The position numbers and the translations under genes were made by a program. Below, one piece after another: positions 57,279 to 64,000 of a DNA stretch of 64,000 nt; the stretch's first letter is position 1, and every line of letters starts with the position of its first letter. The stretch comes from a virus, in the IMG/VR virus record IMGVR_UViG_3300027977_000009. One strand, written 5' to 3'. Below the pieces are notes generated by a model. It worked only from the letters and a program-made list of their open reading frames with translations, had not been told where the DNA came from and ran no database searches.

Positions 57279-58126
57279 GAAAGTTTCAACAACTCGTTAA
57301 ACGAATATAGATTTTTCATATAGGGGGACACTTCTTCTAGTACGCTACAAGATATGTCCCCTTTTCTGCGGGGTCCAATCTTTATCTTGATACCTGCTTC
57401 GTCATCATCAGAATAAATGGTTTCTGCGTTTACCATTTCAAATTTCTCAAAGATTTCCAGTACCGAATATCCTACACCATGACCCAAGCATTCTACTTTA
57501 TTGGCAGGTTGCTCGATAGCCATCTTGATTGCTTCACATACTTCGTCTACGTGAACATAATCTCGAATGCAGGTACCGTCTGGGGTATCATAATCATCAC
57601 CAAAAATAGTAAACTCTTTCGTGTCAGCAGCCTTCATCAGGTTGTACATCAACCCGTCTGGATTAGTAGGAGGATAACCCGATGAACCGATCACGTTATA
57701 GAATCTAAAAATCGTATATGGCATAGTCTTATGCTGGGTACAATATTCACGAACCACATCTTCTGCTGCTCGTTTCGAGATTCCATATGCACTCTTGCAA
57801 TGTTCTGCTGCACCGGTCGATGCAAAAATAAAGTTCTGTGTCTTTACTTTATTGATTACATTCATCGTCCCATTCAAATTAGTAATATAATACTGAATAG
57901 GCATATTTTCACTCTCGCCAACATTTACAAGTGCAGCAAGATGCACAACTATATCGAATTCTAAATCAATATTCAACGGACGATTGATATCAAGTTGAAA
58001 GAATTCCTTGACTGGATGCAATGGCTGCCTAATGTCAAGTCCATATACTTCGTAATCTTTCTCAAGCAATTTACAAAGATGTGATCCAATGTAGCCCGAA
58101 CATCCTGTTACTAATATCTTTTTCAT
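57275..58126 (-). CDS. galE: NAD-dependent sugar epimerase (UDP-glucose 4-epimerase-like)
   Basis: GCSGYIGSH, YGISK, RFYNV, DGTCIRDYVHV. Confidence 0.88.
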   Translation of the reverse strand: MKKILVTGCSGYIGSHLCKLLEKDYEVYGLDIRQPLHPVKEFFQLDINRPLNIDLEFDIVVHLAALVNVGESENMPIQYYITNLNGTMNVINKVKTQNFIFASTGAAEHCKSAYGISKRAAEDVVREYCTQHKTMPYTIFRFYNVIGSSGYPPTNPDGLMYNLMKAADTKEFTIFGDDYDTPDGTCIRDYVHVDEVCEAIKMAIEQPANKVECLGHGVGYSVLEIFEKFEMVNAETIYSDDDEAGIKIKIGPRRKGDISCSVLEEVSPYMKNLYSFNELLKLS

Positions 58127-59466
58127 AGTCCCTCGAATAATCCCAATCCAACCATTTCCTCAGCTGGTTCAAAGTTGGGTTCTTTAGTCAGATATGTATT
58201 GGTATCTGTATAAATCACCCTAAACTTATTCTTGTTCATCAACACCGACTTGATGTCATCGATGCATAGGATACCCCGATTCAATCCATTTATAAAATCT
58301 ATGTACTTAATAGTAGTTTCTTTACAAATCTTAGCCGTATTGCTATTAGACGTTTTTGGTTTGAATGAATTGAAACACTCATTCCATTTATGGAACACTT
58401 GGCTTTCGATCTTATTCGCATTTACCAAAGCTCCCTTAATATACCATGCTTCAGCGGTATCGAACATCTCATATGCCTCTCGCACGTCGTTTGCCATGTT
58501 TTTCTTGTCGGTTTCAAAGAAAAACTGAGAAGAAAAGTTTTGAGTCCATCGTTGATTCATTAAGCAGAAAGTAGGTAATTGCATAGTCTGTTCATAGAAA
58601 GCCATACCATAGCTTTCGACTGTGCTGGGGTTAAATGCTATCCTAGCACTCGTGATGAAGTCTACTTTTTCTTTGCCGATAATGCCCACCTTGATCTCAT
58701 AAGTAGCATTGATTTTCTTCAATCGTTCTTCAAACTTCTTAGCTCCGGCTGCGCTTGTCATTACCTTAGCTGGCAAGTTAGTCTGTTCGATCAGATCGAT
58801 AAACAACTCGGGGTTCTTCCCTTCTTCCCAACGTCCAATGAACAACACACCTTCTCTAGGCTTGACGTACTGATTTAGTAATTCTTTCTCAGTTACTGGA
58901 ATAGGAAGATGAGTAGCTGTATTATCGAACTGAAGTTCATTGAACTTGCTTTGTGTACCGATAGTGATGTTATTCATCTGCAACTGCAATCGCATCATCT
59001 CATTGGTGCTATGAAAGAATGGATTCTTCGTATCTTTGAAAATCTGACTCTCAAGATGAGTATATGCGATGACCTGTACGCATTCATCAAGTCCCATAGT
59101 ACTCGCTACTTGAATAGTTTCATAGGTATTACATACTAGTACGTCATAGATGTTGGTAGTGAATGCTTTAACGATAGCATTACGGAAATTGGCCATTCTT
59201 TCATAGCAAAAACTATCTTCATACATAAAGATAGCACTATGATCGGTATACTTGAGTGGGATGTCTGGATAGATCACCCTAGCATCGAATGATTCTAAGA
59301 ACTCTGTGCTAAGTCCTTGCGGAGCTTTGTCGGTTATGATATCTACTTTAATTCCATGACTATTCATCGTTTCACAGAAACTCTTAGCGAACTGTCCTAT
59401 TCCGCCGTGTGGAATTAAGGTCTGAGAACTGACTAGAAATCCAATACGTTTGTTATAGGTATTCAT
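58123..59466 (-). CDS. GT-B glycosyltransferase (GT4-like)
   Basis: HGGIGQF, LFIGRWEEGKNP, PSTVESYGMAFYE. Confidence 0.8.
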   Translation of the reverse strand: MNTYNKRIGFLVSSQTLIPHGGIGQFAKSFCETMNSHGIKVDIITDKAPQGLSTEFLESFDARVIYPDIPLKYTDHSAIFMYEDSFCYERMANFRNAIVKAFTTNIYDVLVCNTYETIQVASTMGLDECVQVIAYTHLESQIFKDTKNPFFHSTNEMMRLQLQMNNITIGTQSKFNELQFDNTATHLPIPVTEKELLNQYVKPREGVLFIGRWEEGKNPELFIDLIEQTNLPAKVMTSAAGAKKFEERLKKINATYEIKVGIIGKEKVDFITSARIAFNPSTVESYGMAFYEQTMQLPTFCLMNQRWTQNFSSQFFFETDKKNMANDVREAYEMFDTAEAWYIKGALVNANKIESQVFHKWNECFNSFKPKTSNSNTAKICKETTIKYIDFINGLNRGILCIDDIKSVLMNKNKFRVIYTDTNTYLTKEPNFEPAEEMVGLGLFEGL

Positions 59467-59475
59467 ATTTTACCT

Positions 59476-60330
59476 TTACGTTCCCCAGCGGTTACCAAAC
59501 AAAGGTAGATGTAGTCGATCACTATATCTGACACCATACTTCATTGCTAACTCGGCAACTGTAAGGTTATTCAATTGATATACACTCTCTACTCCACCGA
59601 CGGGCATGAAATATACAGGCCCCTCAAAACCCTCATCACGATATAGCTTAGATACTTCAAGTGCTTCCTGAGCATCTTCTTCTGTAGAGATCACAAACTT
59701 GAGGTATGCATAGCCAAATTTCTCATATTCACGCACAACCTTAGGTTTGATCGCACTCTTATGAGACTCACCGGAACAACTTAACTTAGGACTGACGCTA
59801 AAAGTGATTTCTCGTTCAAATCCCGGATATACTTCTGGCCAGCTCCAGTCTTCAAGATAGTGTGCGAACTCAGGTGAAAGTTCCTGTGTACCATTAGTCT
59901 CAAAAGTAATCTCTTTGAGACCCGCCATCTTAGGATGACTCAAGAGTTTTGGGAAAGCTCGCTGCCATCCAAGTAGTGGTTCTCCTCCTGTGATGACAAG
60001 ATGTTCGTTTTTCCATTCTTTAAACGGTAGTAGTTCCATGATGTCATCAACAATGGTATCAATGTCCTTACTAGGAGAAAGATGCTTAAATCGAGGGTCC
60101 CATGAGGCGTAAGAATCGCAACCAGTGGTGACGAGTGGGAGAGAATTGTAATCTTTGTAAACTTTCGGGTCGATCTTTTTCCGTTCAACAGACGTTTCTC
60201 CCTTAGGCATACCAAATCCTCCACACGTGAAGTTGCAGCCAAACGTTCTTAGGAAAATGCTAGGTACGCCTTGATACCTGCCTTCACCCTGAATAGAATA
60301 AAATAGTTCACTAATCTTGATTTGCGTCAT
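59476..60330 (-). CDS. queE: 7-carboxy-7-deazaguanine synthase (radical SAM)
   Basis: ELFYSIQGEG, FLRTFGCNFTC...CDS, ITGGEP, ETNGT, SPKL. Confidence 0.9.
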   Translation of the reverse strand: MTQIKISELFYSIQGEGRYQGVPSIFLRTFGCNFTCGGFGMPKGETSVERKKIDPKVYKDYNSLPLVTTGCDSYASWDPRFKHLSPSKDIDTIVDDIMELLPFKEWKNEHLVITGGEPLLGWQRAFPKLLSHPKMAGLKEITFETNGTQELSPEFAHYLEDWSWPEVYPGFEREITFSVSPKLSCSGESHKSAIKPKVVREYEKFGYAYLKFVISTEEDAQEALEVSKLYRDEGFEGPVYFMPVGGVESVYQLNNLTVAELAMKYGVRYSDRLHLPLFGNRWGT

Positions 60331-60476
60331 TGTCTCGTTCTTTTAGATATTCTTCATATGTCTTATATTTGTCGCCCGATTTGTAAATCCAACCTTCATA
60401 TAAGTTATCTGGATCGTAGAAAGGAATAGAATACAAATGCCTACCATTCTTAGCATCTATATAATTCACAATTTTA

Positions 60477-60899
60477 TTATGCATCTATGCATTCTTCTCT
60501 TAGGTATCGCACTAATTCTTTATCAGTAGGTTGTACAGCATAGTTGTTCTTAAAGAAAATCTCATAACTATCACTGCCATACTTTCCTATACCATAAAGA
60601 ACTTTAGCATCACTCTTGTCCCATGTCAAGTATTGATTGGACATCCTTCTAATTCGGTTTTCCCGAACAATGACTAATCCAAGCGGACGTATAACTTCAT
60701 ATACTTCTTCGCTCGTACTTGTCAAGAACTTCTCACATGTGTCCCATCTAGATAAGAATTCAGGAAGGACCCTTTTTACCAACAACCTATGAGTCTGGTT
60801 CAGCATGATCACCCCTACCATATGTTGCCACTCGGATGTAATCTGTTGTTGAACCATTAGCTCGTCACATAACGGAACGATATTCACTACTTCCACCAC
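60477..60899 (-). CDS. HhH-GPD DNA glycosylase (MBD4-like)
   Basis: IMLNQT, PLGL..R, LYGIGKYGSDSY.IF, PTDKEL. Confidence 0.8.
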   Translation of the reverse strand: MVEVVNIVPLCDELMVQQQITSEWQHMVGVIMLNQTHRLLVKRVLPEFLSRWDTCEKFLTSTSEEVYEVIRPLGLVIVRENRIRRMSNQYLTWDKSDAKVLYGIGKYGSDSYEIFFKNNYAVQPTDKELVRYLREECIDA

Positions 60900-61441
60900 C
60901 GCTCCCAGGGAAATCGAATAGCGACCGGATCTTCAATTTTGTTTATGGCTTCCCCAAAATAGTCGATTCCTTCAAAATCACTTGCTTCGTTCTCTACCAA
61001 AACAGCAAACTTCACATTATGATTCCAAACTGAATCCCAAGCTTCTTTTTGATCCGGGAAGCAGCTATTAATCCAATCTTGTTTAATCCAATCAAAGGTC
61101 ATGCCGCTATCATTGATGTCATCCACGATCAGGATATTTTTACGCTTTTTGGTATCCCAACGACTTTTTATGACAGGGCGATCATCCGACGAAACATACC
61201 CAAATGCATCTTCAGACATCCAGGCATTTAGTTCAGTATCAGGGGGATCGCTGCGCAAACTGACTTTTAGTGTATGCATTGGAATATTCAAATAATGGCT
61301 AATCATTAGAGCAGGAACTAATCCTCCTCTGGTAATGCCTACAACATAATCAGGTCGAAACTGGTCTACAGTAATCTGTCTTATGATGTTATGAACCATA
61401 CCGTCAATCTGTTTGTCAGTGTAATATACTTTCTTAGTCAT
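60887..61441 (-). CDS. Type I phosphoribosyltransferase (Gpt-like)
   Basis: VVGITRGGLVPA, ILIVDDINDSGMT, FPWE. Confidence 0.88.
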   Translation of the reverse strand: MTKKVYYTDKQIDGMVHNIIRQITVDQFRPDYVVGITRGGLVPALMISHYLNIPMHTLKVSLRSDPPDTELNAWMSEDAFGYVSSDDRPVIKSRWDTKKRKNILIVDDINDSGMTFDWIKQDWINSCFPDQKEAWDSVWNHNVKFAVLVENEASDFEGIDYFGEAINKIEDPVAIRFPWERWWK

Positions 61442-61522
61442 TATATACTTTCTTAGTCATTATATACTTTTTATATCAATAAATTATTATATACTATTTA
61501 GGTTAGGTTGTCAAGAAAAAAG

Positions 61523-61601
61523 ATAAATAAGCGTGAGTCACGGAACTCCCATTCCCACTCACTCTAATAGTTGAAAAGGAACTACCAGCATGTCTATTTA
61601 T
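61523..61601 (+). ncRNA. Structured leader RNA element of endonuclease gene
   Basis: GTGAGT/ACTCAC and GGAA/TTCC covary with the copy at 54304. Confidence 0.7.
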
Positions 61602-62288
61602 TCTGTCTTTACACCCTATACTTACTTTATTATGTGGCGAGGCACCAATACCAAATATTATGGCTGTCAGTACGGCAAAAAAGCTAACCCAGAGAACATA
61701 CTGACCGGTCGATATACTACATCGTCAGTTAGTGTCAATGAACATTGGCAAAAGTACGGGCCTCCAGATATAGTTGTTATTCATCGTACTTTTACTACAG
61801 CAGCAGAATGTAGATTATATGAGCATACTTACATAAAAAGAGTAAAGGCGGTGTATAAGGAAGATTGGCTTAATAAATCCGATAGTAAAGCAATTTTAAC
61901 AGACAACTACTCGGATTCTTCATGGAAGAATAGTCACAAAAGTAGGCGGAGGCACATGGAAGAGGATCCGGAATTTCGGAAATTTATGGTAGATAGATTC
62001 GTTAACCTGATGCAATCGGATGCAGCAAATTTAAAACGAAAAGAAACGTTCGTCCGAACAAAGCATTCGCAAGGAGAGAACAATCCTAGATTTGGTGCTA
62101 TACTGACCCCTGAAATTTTAACAAAAATCTCAGAGGCCAGAAAGAAACAATATTCTTTAAATAAATCATTGGCAAATAAGCTAAACCAAAAGAATCGTTC
62201 GTGTGAATATTGCGGCAAGTCAGGACTTAATGCTGGAAATTATAAAAGATGGCATGGAAATAAATGCAAAATAGCGGGAAATAAATAA
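61590..62288 (+). CDS. Seg/GIY-YIG-like homing endonuclease
   Basis: YTYFI.W...KYYG...YTTSS...E...WLNK; GENNPRFG; CEYCGK...RWHGNKC. Confidence 0.8.
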   Translation: MSIYSVFTPYTYFIMWRGTNTKYYGCQYGKKANPENILTGRYTTSSVSVNEHWQKYGPPDIVVIHRTFTTAAECRLYEHTYIKRVKAVYKEDWLNKSDSKAILTDNYSDSSWKNSHKSRRRHMEEDPEFRKFMVDRFVNLMQSDAANLKRKETFVRTKHSQGENNPRFGAILTPEILTKISEARKKQYSLNKSLANKLNQKNRSCEYCGKSGLNAGNYKRWHGNKCKIAGNK

Positions 62289-62307
62289 TTATTCCCCACT
62301 GATTCTA

Positions 62308-62787
62308 TTATAGAAACTCGCCGTCTTCTCTATGGCCTTGCCTGTATGCCATGTTTGATGGGGTTTCTCTCACTTCTACTTTCGCACACCAAACTCTTGC
62401 AGCCTCTGCCTCGCCGCAGGATGGAAGGAAAATAGTATTCACATATTCATACAGGTAATCTGCAAGTCCCTCGCATCCGGTCTTTTCAACCTCAATTATC
62501 TTTGCCAATCCTAATTCTCCTAGTTGCTTAATGGTATCATAGTATGGATCATCTTGGGCTAAAAGTAATACGTGGTCAAAATTATCTTCTAGGAAATCCT
62601 TAAGTGGCCGGAGCCCACCGTAATCAAAACACCAATTTCGGGCGTCAAGGTCATCGCATTCAAATTCAAATTTGAAAGACAATGCATAGCCGTGTATTAA
62701 ACGACAGTGACTATCCGCTCGCCATTGCCGATACGCCAGAGGCGCAAGGTGTGAATATTCTTTAGTTGATACATATTTTTTTGTCAT
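62308..62787 (-). CDS. queD: 6-carboxy-5,6,7,8-tetrahydropterin synthase (QueD/PTPS)
   Basis: SHCRLIHGY, DYGGL, FDH, EGLA, VEVRETPSN. Confidence 0.88.
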   Translation of the reverse strand: MTKKYVSTKEYSHLAPLAYRQWRADSHCRLIHGYALSFKFEFECDDLDARNWCFDYGGLRPLKDFLEDNFDHVLLLAQDDPYYDTIKQLGELGLAKIIEVEKTGCEGLADYLYEYVNTIFLPSCGEAEAARVWCAKVEVRETPSNMAYRQGHREDGEFL

Positions 62788-62805
62788 CTTTTTTCTCCTT
62801 TAGAT

Positions 62806-62850
62806 GACACGCAGAATGTTTATAGTGGGAATGAGTGTCAAAGACCACTG
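62806..62850 (-). promoter_or_regulatory. Pseudoknot riboswitch candidate upstream of queD (copy 1)
   Basis: AGUGG-UCUUUGACACUCAUUC-CCACU-AUAAACAUUCUGC-GUGUC, then AAGGAG. Confidence 0.6.
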
Positions 62851-63028
62851 TTAATAAGCATACCGACGATTGATGTAGTCAAGGATATCCTCAACTTCAC
62901 AAAAGCCTTCTGCATTATAAATCTGATTTAGATCAAGACCATGATCCTGATATCCTTCTCCGAGCATATTTGATAATAGTTGCCTGGTTGATTTGCCATA
63001 TTTTAATCTCCTATATTAGCATAACATA

Positions 63029-63070
63029 GGCGGCAGAATTTGTCAAGCGGGAATGACGCCAAGACCGCTG
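63029..63070 (-). promoter_or_regulatory. Pseudoknot riboswitch candidate (copy 2)
   Basis: AGCGG-UCUUGGCGUCAUUC-CCGCU-UGACAAAUUCUGC-CGCC; covaries with copy 1. Confidence 0.6.
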
Positions 63071-63071
63071 T

Positions 63072-63275
63072 TTATTTGATACGCTGAATAACTATGAATC
63101 CATGTCTGATCATAGTTGCATCGCATCCAATCCTATTTATCGTATTCTCAACCAGCTTAATCATTTTAATGCTGTTACCGCAGATGATAGTTAGTGGGAA
63201 CTCATTCTGGTTCATTAGAACGAAGTTCTCCACTAACAGATCAACATCCTGGTGTCTAACACCGTGAAGGTCTAG
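63072..63275 (-). CDS. Small Smr-like protein
   Basis: LDLHGVRH ... IICGNS; start approximate. Confidence 0.55.
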   Translation of the reverse strand, partial: LDLHGVRHQDVDLLVENFVLMNQNEFPLTIICGNSIKMIKLVENTINRIGCDATMIRHGFIVIQRIK

Positions 63276-63301
63276 CTGGGCCATTGATATGATAAATTCC
63301 G

Positions 63302-63982
63302 TTAGCACTTACTCATGCGAGCGATACTAAGAAACTCTGCACGAGCAGCAGGGTCAGACTTGAATCCGCCGCCCAGCTTACACGTTACTGTGCTTGACCC
63401 TGTATCTTCTACACCGCGCGACTTAACACAATAGTGCTGGGCATCAATCATGACTGCAACATCTTCGGTTTCAAGAATGTAGCAAAGAGTGTGAAATACC
63501 TGTTCAGTCAAACGCTCCTGAATCTGTGGCCGCTTGCTGAAATATTCAACAATACGATTGATCTTGGATAGACCAAGAACCTTTTCGTTGGGTACATACG
63601 CAACAGTAGCAAGACCGTCAATTTGGACAAAATGATGTTCACAGTTACTCATAACAATAATGTTACGCTCTACTACCATTTCATCGTAGTTCATCTTGTT
63701 GTCAACTGTAGTACACTTGGGAAATGCTTCGTAGTCGAGGCCCCAAAAGATTTCACCTACATACATTTTGGCAACACGCTTGGGAGTTTCAATAAGACTA
63801 TCATCACTTAGGTCAAGCCCTAAGGTTTCCATGATATCCTTAAACTTGCGTTCAATGATCTCAATTTTGTCGGTTCTGCTGAGATTGTTTTCGATAGTGG
63901 GAGTTTCAACCCCCATCTTTACAAGATGTTCATGGACGAGACGACCCAATTCGGGGTCACATTTATTTTTATTAAAAGACAT
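63302..63982 (-). CDS. folE: GTP cyclohydrolase I
   Basis: ETPKRVAKMY, CEHHF, GLSKINR, RPQIQERLT, HYCVKSRG. Confidence 0.95.
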   Translation of the reverse strand: MSFNKNKCDPELGRLVHEHLVKMGVETPTIENNLSRTDKIEIIERKFKDIMETLGLDLSDDSLIETPKRVAKMYVGEIFWGLDYEAFPKCTTVDNKMNYDEMVVERNIIVMSNCEHHFVQIDGLATVAYVPNEKVLGLSKINRIVEYFSKRPQIQERLTEQVFHTLCYILETEDVAVMIDAQHYCVKSRGVEDTGSSTVTCKLGGGFKSDPAARAEFLSIARMSKC

Positions 63983-64000
63983 ATTTTTTTCCTTTCAAAG

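Noticed and set aside
61423-61470. 19-bp tandem duplication at the PRTase start
   Set aside because: Simple local duplication of the start region; no evidence of function and could be an assembly artefact.

Overview
A 64 kb segment of a large, AT-rich lytic tailed phage (T4-like/jumbo myovirus style: ATAAATA late promoters, TTGAC-N17-GCTATATT early promoters, standard genetic code). A tRNA-His without G-1 and with G1.U72/A73, plus GTTCTTTGACA boxA leaders, points to an alphaproteobacterial host. 1-11.4 kb: an array of 28 tRNAs, several of them non-canonical, mixed with pseudo-tRNAs, unexplained structured RNAs, HNH nucleases and translation-support genes (tilS, pth2, SpeD-like). 12-15.3 kb: GNAT / Cys-rich protein / subtilase / PP-loop island. 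15-27 kb: small early genes. 27-34 kb: late genes (infA, SOD, probable capsid-packaged polyproteins, two fibre proteins). 34-54 kb, mostly minus strand: ClpP/ClpS/Hsp20/ClpX, a DNA ligase split by a split intein around an amber-interrupted endonuclease, and RNase H. 54-64 kb: UvdE, gp88-like protein and a folE-queD-PRTase-glycosylase-queE-glycosyltransferase-galE cluster. Best novelty candidates: (i) a covarying ~80-nt RNA element bounded by inverted late-promoter motifs, leading two GIY-YIG-type nucleases and also present as an orphan copy; (ii) a duplicated preQ1-I-like pseudoknot upstream of queD; (iii) a tRNA-Arg with the D-loop moved 3' of the anticodon arm; (iv) boxA-led, stem-flanked small RNA cassettes; (v) repeated cases of a gene 5' stub followed by a replacement allele. 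All calls come from reading motifs by eye; no database searches were run.
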